From Cyanophora paradoxa CCMP329 (taxonomy: Eukaryota; Plantae; Glaucophyta): a stretch of 63,649 nucleotides of DNA. The translations under genes were made by a program, and so were the position numbers. Under the pieces are notes generated by a model, which saw only the letters and a program-made list of their open reading frames with translations, made no database searches and had not been told where the DNA came from. This document shows, one piece after another, positions 11,315 to 22,584 of the stretch; positions within the stretch are counted from its first letter, which is position 1, and the number at the start of each line of letters is the position of its first letter. The stretch spans positions 1-63,649 of the forward strand of contig QPMI01000135.1 of the NCBI GenBank assembly GCA_004431415.1, in the 5' to 3' direction.

Positions 11315-13772
11315 CTACCCCCCCGCCTCCGAGGATGACGCGTCGCCCTCCCCCTCCTCGCCGCCGGCTGCAGGGGCCCCCAGCTCGAGCACCGACTCGT
11401 CGAACGCGTACCCCTTGGCGCGGCGGACCTCGTCGCTCACCCGCGCAGCGACGCGCTTCGCGCCCTCGGCGTCGGCGGTTTTGAGCAGGGGTACGGTCGA
11501 CAGAAAGTCGATCGGACTGATGCCGGACCCAGAGACCCGGCAGAGGCCGGGGAATCTGCGCATCGTCTCTGCCAGATTCTTGAGATCGGTGTAAATCTCG
11601 GTTCTCTGTGCCGGGAGCTCGAGCCGGAATCCCACCGCCTCTGCGCAAACGGGTGCACGCTTGCAGGGTCAGCGGGGGGGAGTCCGGCCCCACGGCCACG
11701 CGCAACAGGAGCGCCGCCGGCGCCCCGAGCTCGCGAAATTTAAACGAACCGAGAATCGAGTTGTACTTTGTCTCGATGTGCTCCTTTCTCCAGTACCCCC
11801 ACAATTTTCGATTGTTCCCGTGCGAGTCCCTGCGCCCCCGCACCCGCCCCCATCGGCCGCCTGCGCGGGCAGAAAGAATGGACAGAAATCCCGCGCGCCC
11901 ACCTGTACTTTTCGTACGCCCCGAGGACCGCGGCGGCGACGAGGACGAGCGCCCGAATTCTCTCCCGCCCCAGGTTCTGAACGCGTTCGAGCAGAGCCGC
12001 CCGGGCCTGCGGATTCGCGTCGAGGCGGCGGCCGACGAGGGCGACGTCCACGCCCACGGCCAGCCCCTTTTCGTAGGCGGGGAGGCTCTCCGGATCCTCC
12101 TCCTGCCCCTCCTGCGAGGCGCTCCCCGCGCTCTCGAGCTCGTCCCCCCCCGCGGCCTCCCCCCCGTCGCGCTCGGACGACGCCTCCGAGTCCAACCGGA
12201 CGGCCGCCGCGTAGGCCTTGCTCCACGCCTCGGCCAGCTCCGCATCGCGCGGATCCGGACTCCCGGCGCGGGAGCCCGCGTCGGACTCTGAGATTTCCCC
12301 GGATCCGGAATCGGAGCCGGCGGCGGCGGCCGCGGCAGCCGGAGAATTCGGAGGCTTGCGTTTGCCGGAATCAGAGGGGCCCGCAGAGGGCCCGGCGCCC
12401 GCCGGGCCACGGCCGGCCGCGGACGGACCGGGGCGGGATCGCCGAGCTCCGAGCCCGAGCCCGAGCGCGAGCTCGAACCCTCTGCCGGCGCCCCTGCCCG
12501 TCCTCTGGCCCATCCGCGTCGCGATCGAGCTCGGCGGGGTACGTGTAGGCCGTGTAGAGGACCTTGACCAGCTTGTCGCTCTCGTAGGGCTTGCGCTCCG
12601 TCCTCCCCGAGCCCCACTTGCTCCGCTGGCGCTTCGCCCTGGAGGGGCCCCCTCCTGGGGGTGCCCGCCTGCGTCGCGCCCGAGGGGACCTGCCCCTCGC
12701 GATCGGGGCGCTTTCGGAGCCCCGGGCCCGCCCTGGCGCTCGCCCCGGCGCCGGCGCCGGCCTCGCCCTTGGCCACGCTCTCGCGATCGCCCTCTGCCGG
12801 CGGGGAGGCCGGGCGGCCGCGGGCGCCTGCGCGTGCAGGGCCGGCTCCTTGCCCTTTTTCGAACTCGAGCCCGCACCGGCCGCGGTACCGGGCCCGGGCG
12901 GCGCCGGCGCCGGGTTCCCTTCCGACGGGCCGCTCGGACCCTCTCCGGCTGCGGGGTCGGTGTCCGGGCGCGACGTGCCGGGTCCGGCTCGCGCTGCCGC
13001 GGACGTCGACGCCGGCGCCGGCGCCAACGTCAACGTCGAGGCCGGGGGCCGGCCGGGCCCGGGGGGGGCGGGGCAGCGCTCGCGATCGGGATCGCGGGGG
13101 TCTCCTTTGCCCGCGCCGCCTCCAGCGCCAGGTGGGCCACGTGCTCAAACACCGAGGCCAGCGCCTGCCTCCCGATAATTTCGGAGGCGATCCAGGCCTG
13201 CGGGTTGTTTCCGTCCTCGATAAAGGACGCGTAGGCGAGGTAGGCGTCGATACGGGACGAGCTCAGGAGCTCGTCCGGCGCGCGGTGGTCCTCCCCGCAG
13301 GCGGGGCACTTGAACACGGGGGCGGGGGCGGGGGCGGCCGCGGCCGCGGCCACCAGATTGATCGCGCAGGTGACGCAGATGCAGGCTTTTCCTGAGCAGC
13401 TTCGGAGGTCCTCGAACGTGGGGCGGGGGTGCGCCTCGAGCGATCCGTTCAAGCTCGAGGCCCGGTGCGGTCCAAGATGCGCGAGACGGCGCAGGGAAGC
13501 ATGTACGATGGGGGTGGGACCCGCTCGACCTGGCATCGCGCGCACGAGGGGCGAAAGGCGAGGGCCGGGTCCCTCCCCACGCTCAGGTACGCTGGAAGTT
13601 GGACTTTGGCGGGGCGGGAGTCGAAAGGGGGCCTGGACCCGCCCCCCGAGCTCGGCGAGGGCAGCAACCGCCCCCTCGCGCTCGCTCCGGATCCGGAACC
13701 CGGATCTAGATCTTTCTCTTCATCGCGATCGCGATCGCGATCGCGGCTGGGGGGCGAGTTTGCAGATGCCAT
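11315..13772 (-). CDS. Large multi-exon protein with N-terminal RING-like Zn finger; separated from its promoter by the LINE; exon structure approximate
   Basis: ATG at 13772 (MASANSPPSRDRD...); CARC...MLPC / CICVTC...CPAC RING ligands lie in two frames; further coding blocks (KLVKVLYTAYTYP; ALVLVAAAVLGAYEKY; KLWGYWRKEHIETKYNS; EIYTDLKNLAETMRRFPG...*) are linked by apparent introns or frameshifts. Confidence 0.6.
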
Positions 13773-14097
13773 GCCTTTTTTTGCAAAAGTGGACGTCGCA
13801 TTGATACACCACGGCACATGTATCAATGTTCTACGTGACGTGCCCTTCCGACCGGTCATCTATCTAGCCGAAGGTGCTAGCTAGGTGCCGGCCATGGGTC
13901 GCTCAATATGGGAGGTTCGCCTGAGTGGGGGAGCCATGGTTTTCGGTGATAGCCGTAACCAGACCCGCGCGCCCACCCCTTGATCTACTCCTCCATCCCT
14001 CATGAGCCCTGGAAGTGAAATGTCTCGCAGTCCGCCGCCCGCCCTTGCCGCCGCTCCGCCACCCCTCCTCCTCCTCACTCTGCCGCCTCCCTCCTCC

Positions 14098-15444
14098 TCA
14101 CCTGCGCCCCAAGACCCCGATTAAACGGTGTCCTGTTTTGTCAAGGTGAAGAAGGTGGTAAGAGGAAGATATGAGGAAGGAGAGGGAGTGTGCGGAGGCA
14201 GCGGTAGGGGGTGGGCAGCGGATGCGGGGCAGGGCGGGGAGAGGTGCCGGGACAGCAGTGTGGAGTGAGCGTGGGCATTGGCAGGCGGCGCAGATAGCGG
14301 GGATTGCGGAGACGAGGCGGGTCGCAAGGGGTCGGGAAGGGTCGGTCGGAGTAGGAGGGATGGCCGAAGCCAGGGGGGTGGCCGAGGCCGATGGGGTGGC
14401 CGAAGCCAAGGGGGGGGCCGAAGCCGGCGGGGTGGCCGAGGCCGATGGGGTGGCCGAAGCCAAGGGGGGGGCCGAAGCCGGCGGGGTGGCCGAAGCCGAG
14501 GGGGGGGCCGAAGCCATAGTGGTGGTCGGGGTGGACGAGGGGTCCGATATTTGTGGGTTGAGTGGAGTCTGGGGAGGGGCCGGAGGGGGCGGAGGAGCGG
14601 CCTCGCGCGGGGTCCCGGTCGGGGAAGGCGGCTGAAGCGAGGAGGAGGGGGGGGAGTCAGTTTCTTGCAACGTCGTGAGTGGTTTGTATACTCCGGGTGC
14701 GAAGAGGGACGTGATTGTGGGTTGTCCCGCAGGTATTGGCACCGTTCGCGCTTTTTTGGTCCCGCGCTTGGGGGTCTTGCGACCGGTTGCCTTTCTTTTC
14801 GCCGTGGGTGCGGGGGGGGCGGGTGCGGGGGCGGGATGGGGAGGGGTCGTGGGGCGCGGGCGTTTGGGTTCTGGGGCGGGGGTGGTGTCGGCTGTCCGTT
14901 TGCGCGAGGCAGGCGGCGGGCGGTTTCGTTTCAAGGGAGGGGCCAGGGGAGGCGTGGGGGCAGGGCGTTTGGGAGGTTGAGTAGTGGACGAAGGGCCCGC
15001 GGGCGGGGCGGGCATAGTACTGTGTGATGTTTGCGTTGGGGATGCAGCAGGTTGGGGGGGGGAGCATGAGGTGATCGTAGGGCGAGCGGGGCACTTTCCC
15101 CGTTTGGCGTCGGAGTGGGCCTGGAGGGCGACTGCGGAGGCAAATCGGGTGCCACAGGTACAGGAGAAGTCAGAGGGTGTGGTCATGGTTCCGGCATCGG
15201 GCGGCTGAGGGGAGGGGGGGGCCTGGGGGGAGGGGGCGGCCTGGGGTGAGGGGGCGGCAGGGAGTCGTGCAATTGCTTGGCGGAAATTTTCCAGAAGAAC
15301 CCATGGTTGGCCTTCCGAGTCCAATCCGCAGCAGAAGTCAGTGATGGAGATGGTATCATGGAGGGAGGGGCGGGAGGGGGGGGGGGGGGAGGGGGGGGCC
15401 AGGTGGCTGTACTGGCGGTGAGCGAGAGGGTTTGGAGTCTGCAT
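14098..15444 (-). CDS. Additional Pro/Lys-rich ORF (448 aa) in the LINE 3' region, overlapping the end of ORF2
   Basis: Long ORF with CTCGTRFASAVALQAH (C2H2-like), basic KRK clusters, QPTITSLF (PIP-box-like) and ASATP repeats; translation not demonstrated. Confidence 0.45.
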   Translation of the reverse strand: MQTPNPLAHRQYSHLAPPSPPPPSRPSLHDTISITDFCCGLDSEGQPWVLLENFRQAIARLPAAPSPQAAPSPQAPPSPQPPDAGTMTTPSDFSCTCGTRFASAVALQAHSDAKRGKCPARPTITSCSPPQPAASPTQTSHSTMPAPPAGPSSTTQPPKRPAPTPPLAPPLKRNRPPPASRKRTADTTPAPEPKRPRPTTPPHPAPAPAPPAPTAKRKATGRKTPKRGTKKARTVPIPAGQPTITSLFAPGVYKPLTTLQETDSPPSSSLQPPSPTGTPREAAPPPPPAPPQTPLNPQISDPSSTPTTTMASAPPSASATPPASAPPLASATPSASATPPASAPPLASATPSASATPLASAIPPTPTDPSRPLATRLVSAIPAICAACQCPRSLHTAVPAPLPALPRIRCPPPTAASAHSLSFLISSSYHLLHLDKTGHRLIGVLGRR

Positions 15445-17871
15445 GTTTGCGGTATCGGCGTTTGGTTCTGTCGGTGATGCCTTGTCGGAGTTCCCATGCG
15501 TGGTTGCGGGCGCAGCGGTCCCTCCAGATCGCTCGGAGGTGTTGGTCGAGGAGTAGCGCTAGATCTTTTTGGATTGACAGTGTGGTGGTTTTGTTGATGC
15601 CCAGGGCTGTGCAGAGGGCGGGCAGTCCTGCCGGGGTGCCGAGGCGCAGGAGGGCAGGGGCGGGGAAGGGGAGCATGTCCGTCAGGGCCGGGCTAAGCTT
15701 TTTCCACAGGGTATCGGTGAGACCTGGGGGGCGGAGAAGGGCTGGATTTGCGGGGGGGGAGAAAAGGGCGGATTGGAGGGGAGAGGCGGGGTCAGGGGGG
15801 ACGAGGCGGAGGAAGGGGAAAAGTTGGAAAATGGTATCGTCGTGTCCTAAGGGTTTGGGCGAGTGGCGGAGGACTCGGGCACGGAGGAAGGTCACAAGTG
15901 CATCCTGGAAAGCTTGGAGGAGAAGGCGGGCGGCGGGGCAGGTAAAGATGTGGGCAAAATCTTCGGGGGGGTGGGTTGTGGGGTCGGGCGGTTCGGGGTC
16001 CGCGGCCCGCGATGGGGAGGAGGGCGAGGGGGAGCCCGGGGGGGTGCAGGTGGCAGGGGGCGGGGGGGGCGGGGGTGGGGAGGCAGCGTCCTCGGGGACA
16101 GGGGCAGGGGTGGGAGGGAGGTGACAGGAGGGGCAGTGGGCGATACCGTCAGGGAAGAGGGGGCCGTATAGGTCGGGGTCGTGAAGGAGGCGGATGGTGA
16201 GGGAGGGAAGGGCTCCGAGGATGCACTGGAATCTGACTTTGCGGAGGTGGTCGCCGGCGGGGGTACGGCGGTCTGGCTGCTTGTCGGACACGAGTGAGAG
16301 AGCCGGGGCGAGGGTAACATGAGGATTGCTGAGGACGGTCCCTGCGTTGCGAAGTTGTCGCCAGTCGAGGTATTGGGAGAGGGAGGCTTCAGCGAGGAAG
16401 TGAGAGCGGGGGTCGCCTTCGACGCGGTAGGCGTGGAGTCGGCCTCGGTATGGTTCGGCCCCTGGGACTGGGCCATGGGAGGGCGGGGGTGGGAGGCCGG
16501 CTCGGATGAGGAAGCATTTGAAACTGTGTGGGATGAAGAGAAGGGCTGAGAGGGGGGCGTCAGGGGCTGTTTTGGCGAGTTTATCAACGGCGTCGTTGTG
16601 GCGGTTGTCAGGAGTATAGGCTGGGTTCGGGATACGGTTCCTGGCCGGGGTCCGGGCCGCCTCTTTCTTTGCGGCTGTTTTAGAGGTTGTGGCAGACCGT
16701 ATGTGCGGCTGGGTGGCGGCCCATTGAGCAGCATCAGTTAGGATGGTCGCCGCTTCGAGTGGGGTTACGTGGGACGGCCGGAAGAGACGGCGCGCTGTGG
16801 TGGTGGCTTCGTTGCGGGCCAGGTCGGCGAGTTGGGAGGCGAGTTCGTGGGCATAGCGAGCGTCAGGAGGGAGGGGGGTGGCGGGCCCTTCGGGGCGGGG
16901 CGGGGGGGACTCTAGCACAGTTGGGGAGTGCGGGAGGGCTGGGTGGTCGGGGGAGGATGGTGGGGAGTCGAGGGTAGGCAGGGTACCACCGGTGGAGACT
17001 GGGGGGCGGCGTGCCGGTTGGGTACGCCCTGGGAAGGTCGGTGGGGGTCTGAGGGCCGGGAGAGCGGGACTGCAGCATGTCGGGTCAAGGGTGACAGCCC
17101 CGTAACAGAGGCTGAGGGCTATATATTCGCGGTATTTGCGGAGCGCTGCAGCGTCGGTCTGAATGTAGGCGGGGGGGCGGGGCAGGTCCGACGGGGTAAG
17201 TGCGGAGGAGCGACTGAGTAAGTCAGCTGTAAGGAGAAGGAGGGGGCCGCAGGCTGTGCTGTTGGGAGGCTGGAGGACGGATAGGGACGTCTCCGGGCGT
17301 AGATAGGTCCATCTGCAGAAGGGGGTGGGAGGGAGGGGGGATCCAGAGTCGCGATGACTCCAAGTGGCCGCCAGGTCTTGTGCAAAGGAGATAATGTGGT
17401 CGGGGGCGTCGAGGGAACCATTGTGAATGTAGAAGGAACGCGTCTGAGGAAGTAGAACCAGTAGGTGCCAGTGTCCTGGGGGGCCATGGGTGTGCCGGGG
17501 GCTGCTGGAGGAGGGGGTCGGCGGGGGGACTGGTGGGATTTGTTGGGTGGGGCGATAGGTAAGGATGGGGACGAGAGCGAGGCGGGCGTCGAGGAGGCGT
17601 CCGTGGGGAAGGTATTGGTGCAGGGGGAGGAGGCTTGAGCCGCGGGAGTCAAAGTGGGAGGCTGCACTAGCTGGGTAAGAGCTAGATGACAGGAAGTAGG
17701 CGGGGTGGGGCGAGGCCAGGGCGGCTTCGCGGGAGGAGAGCATGTCAAGGAAAGCTTCCACGAGGGGGAGGCTGAGGGCGGTCTTCGGCCTGAGGTGGAT
17801 GAGGTCGCCTCGTCGAATGAGGGAGTGGCGGTGGGAGTCGGGTCGGGGGGCGGGTGGGAGGGGGGGCCTTG
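15356..17871 (-). CDS. LINE ORF2 C-terminal part: Ulp1/C48-like cysteine protease, RNase H C-terminal remnant, CCHC zinc knuckle (RT and endonuclease truncated away)
   Basis: Open frame runs to the TSD: IRRGDLIHLRPKTALSLPLVEAFLDML...GHWHLLVL...IHNGSL...QPPNSTACG (Ulp1); HNDAVDKLAK (RNase H GNExADxLAK); CPSC...EDFAHIFTC and IWRDRC (L1-type C-terminus). Confidence 0.82.
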
Positions 17872-18476
17872 AGATGCCATGCCTCGACGCGCTGCGATGG
17901 TCTAGGCAATATGAGTGTGCGTGGACATGGCCTGGGCTGCGAATACGAATTTTCGAATCCCCCGTGAGACGTCTGAAAATTTCGCAGCCGGTGCGCGCGC
18001 ACCTAGCTATAGGCCTGCGATGTTCAACTATACTCTCAAGGATCTATAGCTAGGCGTCGTCCACCTCGATGGTCACGGATTCGAATTTCTGCGGAGAGGG
18101 CTGACCGTGTACATGCCATGAGGCGCGGGCCGGCGCGTCCTTTTAGGCGCGTCCCTCTGTCCATAATCATGCCTGTACGGTATACATGTATCGCGATCGC
18201 TGCAGATGCGCTGCCATATGCATATCGTAGTTTTCATCTCAGAGTCTTCATCGTGAGCTTTAGATTTGTTTATTCAACTGACTCGTCATAACTATAGCTA
18301 GGATCTGCTCCAGATGAATATATTAATCTATATTCAAATTCATGATCATGATCGATATCATGGCTAGCGATATTTCAAGTTTCTGCGGAAAATCATCCAG
18401 GCTACGTATACAAATATTCACATGACAAAGTCAATTTCGAGCTAGATCTGGATATCGATCGAGTTCTAGCACTTGA

Positions 18477-19400
18477 TTACGGGTCTAGATCTAGGTCTAT
18501 CCCGAGCCGTGCCCTCATCTCCCTGACCGCAGCGCGCGCGGCGGTCGGAGAGGCCCCGGCTCGAATCGCGATTTTTCGCGTGGACCAGGAAGCGCGTCCG
18601 GAGAGCTTGGCCGCGAGCGCGAGCGCCCCTATCGCTAGGATCTTCGGGGTCCTGGAACGAGCTCGTCCCGCCTCCAGGTACTCTCTGTAGCGCTTCTGGG
18701 CGGCCGAGATGATCGAACCGTCGATTCCAATATTCTTTCCGACGCTTTCCACGAGGGACACGCCCAAGTCGTACGTGTGAAGGCGACGGCCCTCGCGCCG
18801 ATCGCCCGCGGGGGGCCCCGCGGCCGGCGCCGGCGCCGGCGTCGCCTCCAAGAGGACGCGAACGTACTTTCGGACCTCGTGGCGCGCCTCGGGAGGGGCC
18901 GCGTGCTCGAAATCGTGTATCCCACGAGGGATATCGAGCTGTTGGACGGCCAGATAGAGGGCCGCGAGGGCGAGGGATGTGTACCGCCTCCCCGAGATCA
19001 CGGCGCGCTTCTCGCGGAGCGTTTCCAGGGCCTCGCGCCAGACAATCTCCGGGAGGAGCATGCGCTCTGCCGTCTCCCTCACAGTCTGATCCAGCTCCGT
19101 GCGATTCATATTCGCGTGGGTACCGTGCGCGCTCGAGCTCGGGATTGCGCGCGCAGAACTAGACTTGGAAGGCTGCCACGTGCACGTGCGCGGCGCCGGC
19201 TCTGGAATATCGCGTAGCAGATCCAGCCCCAGTTGCAGATATCGATCGTGCGAGGACGCGACGCCGGCGCCGCCCTGCTCGTCGCAGACGAGGCCCAGGG
19301 GCGTCGCGTACGACCCGTACGCGTCGAGGCACATGCCGCAGGACGTGCACACGTCGCCCTCGGCCCCGGACGCGACGTAAGGGTGGACGCAACTGCTCAT
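18477..19400 (-). CDS. TFIIB: Transcription initiation factor IIB-like protein, intronless, ~307 aa
   Basis: N-terminal Zn ribbon CVH...VCTSCGMCL and two cyclin-fold repeats (AERMLLP...GRRYTSLALAALYLAVQQLDIPR; GKNIGI...SRTPKILAIGALALAAKL...RKIAIRAGAS); TATA-like TTTATAT at ~19593. Confidence 0.88.
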   Translation of the reverse strand: MSSCVHPYVASGAEGDVCTSCGMCLDAYGSYATPLGLVCDEQGGAGVASSHDRYLQLGLDLLRDIPEPAPRTCTWQPSKSSSARAIPSSSAHGTHANMNRTELDQTVRETAERMLLPEIVWREALETLREKRAVISGRRYTSLALAALYLAVQQLDIPRGIHDFEHAAPPEARHEVRKYVRVLLEATPAPAPAAGPPAGDRREGRRLHTYDLGVSLVESVGKNIGIDGSIISAAQKRYREYLEAGRARSRTPKILAIGALALAAKLSGRASWSTRKIAIRAGASPTAARAAVREMRARLGIDLDLDP

Positions 19401-19734
19401 GATCGTTTTCGGTCGCGGTGTGGGGACTGAGGGCTCTGTGAAAGCGGTCTGAAATTTATGCCGCCGATCGCGATCACGAATCTTGGGGGCGAACCCAGTT
19501 TCGATCGATCGCAATCTATGGATCGTGGTCGTGAGTGCCCGCCCGGCCCGGATCCGTGTGCGCAGAGATAGAGGCGCGCGCGCGCGCGTTCCTTTATATC
19601 GTTTCGAAATCTGAGCCCTGACCGCGATCACCTGAAGGTGCTCTGGCCGCACGCTCCGGTCCCTCTGCGATCTAGACCTCTCGCATTCCTTATATATATT
19701 GCGTATCCCGAGCGCCGCTCTCTCAGAGGGGGTC

Positions 19735-21170
19735 GGCGGCGAGTCTCCAGGGGGGCGGGAGGCGGGGTTTCATCTTCCATTCGGCGGGGGTACGGACGAC
19801 GCGCGAGTGCCGCTCTCTCCGAGGGGGAGCCGGCGAGTCTCCCAGGGGGCGGGGGGCGGGGGTTCGTGAGGGTACGATCAAATCTCGAGCACCGCTCTCT
19901 CAGAGGGGGGAGCCGGCGAGTCTCCAGGGGGGAGGGGGTGGTGGTCTTCTCCTCGCTCGCCCTCGGCTCCGAATTCTCGCGCCCGTGCAGCGGGCCCCTG
20001 AGGGGCGCGCGGCGAGTTTCCAGCGGCAGGGGCGGGTTTGTAGACGGGGTACGGGTCCGCCCTTTCCCTCGCTCGCCCTCGGCTTAAAGTTTCTCATGCC
20101 CGTGCAGCCGGCCCCCGAGGGGCGCGTGGCGAGTTTCCAGCGGCAGAGGCAGGTTTGGGAGACGGGGTACGGGACCGACCTTTCCCTCGCTCCCCCTCGG
20201 TTTCTCACGCTCGTGCAGCCGGCCCCTGAGGGGCGCGCGGCGCGTTTCCAGCGGCGGGGGGCAGGTTTGGGAGATGGGGTCCCGGTACGGGACCGGCCTT
20301 TCCCTCGCTCCCCTCGGCTTCTCACGCTCGTGCAGCCGGCCCCTGAGGGGGCGTGGCGAGTTTCCAGCGGGGTCCAGGTTGGGAGACGGGGTACGGGACC
20401 GGCCTTCTCCTCGAGCTCGCTCACCCTTGGCTTCTCACGCCCGTGCAACGGGTCCCTGAGGGGGGCGCGGCGAGTTTTCGGTGGCCTCCTCCTACCTTCT
20501 GGAGACTCACCGCCACCCCCTCAAAGCGAACTGCATAATCTCGGCCATACCCCCACGTACCCTTCGTCCCACCCCCCCGGAGACTCGCCGCCGCCCCCGA
20601 GAGAGATCCAGAGCCGCGCCGCCCTAAATCTCTGACCGTACCCCCACCTACCTCCCCCTCCCCCCCTGGAGACTCGCCTCCACCCCCTCGAAGCGAACAG
20701 CTCTATAATTTCTCCCGTACCCCCACGTGCCCCTCGTCCCACCCCCCCTGGAGACTCGCCGCCGCCCCCGAAAGAGGGTGGCGCTGAATCTCTGACCGTA
20801 CCCCGAGCTATCTCCCCCTCCCCCCCTGGAGACTCGCCGCCGCCCCCGAAAGAGGGTGGCGCTGAATCTCTGACCGTACCCCACCTACCTCCCCCTCCCC
20901 CCCTGGAGACTCGCCGCCACCCCCTCGAAGCAAACGACTCTCGAATCTCGACCGTACCCCACGTACCCCTCGTTTCACCCCCCGGGAGACTCGCCGCCGC
21001 CCCGACAGAGGGCGGCGCTAGAATCTCGCTCGTACCCCCAGCTACCCCCCTCAAGCTCCCCCCCCCCCTTCGAAACTCGCCGCCGCCCCCCGAGAGAGAG
21101 CGGCGCGAAAGCTCCGAGCCGTACCCCCCGGCGGCCCCCCCCCCTCCCCCCTGGAGACTCGCCCGACGCC
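19735..21170. repeat. Repeat field B: reverse arm (GGCGAGTYTCC, ~115-bp units, to ~20480), then forward arm (GGAGACTCGCC + CGTACCCC, from ~20500)
   Basis: Motif orientation flips at 20470-20512; the block is homologous to 38400-41170. Confidence 0.9.
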
Positions 21171-21765
21171 CCAGAACGAGCTTCGGCGCCCCCTAGGCCT
21201 GGTCCATCGGCGCGGGGGCGCATGGCGCCCCGGAAACTCTTCTACCCCCCTGCCTCTTGCGGCGCGGCACCCTCCCTCCCTTTCACTCGTTCGCCTTGCG
21301 GACGACGCGCGAGCGCCGCTCCCTCCAGAGGGGGGTGGCGGCGAGTCTCCGGAGGGGGGCCCGGGGAGGGGAGGAGGAGGGGTACGGCCAACGTCCAGAG
21401 GGGAGGGCGACTCGCGGGTCACGCACCCCGCCCGCCGCCTCGGCACGTGCACCCCCGCCCCCGCCCGGTCCCCCCGGGCCCGGGCCGTGCATGCGCTCGC
21501 TTATAAAGCAGTCCGCGCGGGAGACGCGGGCAACGGCGGGCGGGAGGCCTAGGTCGACGGAACGTCGACGCAGGCCCGATCCGGATCCCAGCTAGCGCTG
21601 CAGTTCGATTCGAATTCTCCCCGCATACGCACATATACATACTCGTAAACCTCGGGGCCGCCCGCAGCGCACGTCGGCCGAAAACAAAGCCGCCCTCAAG
21701 AGTGTGAGGGCCTGGGCGCGGATAAATAGAAGCACCATGCCCCGAAGCTCGAGGCGCTAGAGGGG

Positions 21766-22584
21766 ATGTCGACGTCGAGCCCGAATTCGAAGCGATCGGG
21801 CCCCGCCGCCGACCACGATCACGATATCGATCAGGATCCCGATCGATGTCGGGAAGCGCCGTCGTCACCTCCGAAATCTCCCGCGCCGAACCCATCGCTA
21901 TCGATTTCGGTGCAGGGCGCTGCGGCCGACAGCGATCGCGAGCGCGATTCGCGCTCGGAGGCGCCGGATTCGAACGCAGCCGCCTCCGGATCCCCGGCCC
22001 CGACGTCGACCTGCGTCGCGATTCCGGGCGCAGGCGCGCGCCCGCGGGCAGAGGGGCAGGATCGCGAGGGCGAGGCGGCCGGCGACGTCGACGCGGCCGC
22101 GGGTCGCGACGCAGCGTCCTCGGCGCCGGCGCCGAACAGGGCCGTTCACGTTCGGGACCCAAACGCAAAGCCCGCCCCGGTGGAGCTCTCGGACAAATTC
22201 GGACCCAAGCAGCCCGTCGTGTTCGTCATGGGCGGCGCCAGGCAGCTCCCCGCCTTTGTCGGCTGCTCGTCCAACCTCAAGCGCAAGTTTGCCGAGCTGC
22301 GCGGCTCCGGCCTCTTCGAGATGGCCCGCGGACCGATCAAGATTCGGGCGGTGGCACACGGGTTTCCGAACGAAACCGTCGCCAAGGCGTTTAAACTGCT
22401 CCTCGAGGATCGTGCACGAAACGGGGGCCTCGCAAAGAAATTAAAGGTGATGACAGCGCTAGGCGCGGAATTTTCGGCCCCCTCCTGCGGGAACGGGCCC
22501 GATGTCCGCAAGATCGAAGGCACGTGCGCATGCGCGTGCTCGATTCAGGTCGAGACAGAGGCCGCCGCCGGCTCAGAGTCGTAA
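21766..22584 (+). CDS. Protein with a degenerate Slx1-like GIY-YIG domain and a disordered N-terminus
   Basis: PVVFVM...AFVGCSSNLKRKFAEL...RGPIKIRAVAHGFPNETVAKAFK aligns by eye with 43525-43920, but has F/F/K/L/K at the Y/Y/R/H/E positions; ATAAATA upstream at 21722. Confidence 0.72.
   Translation: MSTSSPNSKRSGPAADHDHDIDQDPDRCREAPSSPPKSPAPNPSLSISVQGAAADSDRERDSRSEAPDSNAAASGSPAPTSTCVAIPGAGARPRAEGQDREGEAAGDVDAAAGRDAASSAPAPNRAVHVRDPNAKPAPVELSDKFGPKQPVVFVMGGARQLPAFVGCSSNLKRKFAELRGSGLFEMARGPIKIRAVAHGFPNETVAKAFKLLLEDRARNGGLAKKLKVMTALGAEFSAPSCGNGPDVRKIEGTCACACSIQVETEAAAGSES

Larger units (their letters stand above)
13776..17871 (-). mobile_element. 5'-truncated non-LTR retrotransposon (L1/Tx1-like C-terminus), 4.1 kb
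   Basis: Flanked by TSD AGATGCCATGCC(T) at 13764-13775 and 17872-17883; T7 tail at 13776-13782; distinct strand composition; ORF2-type C-terminal motifs; a second copy of the 3' end lies at 5295-5531. Confidence 0.92.
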
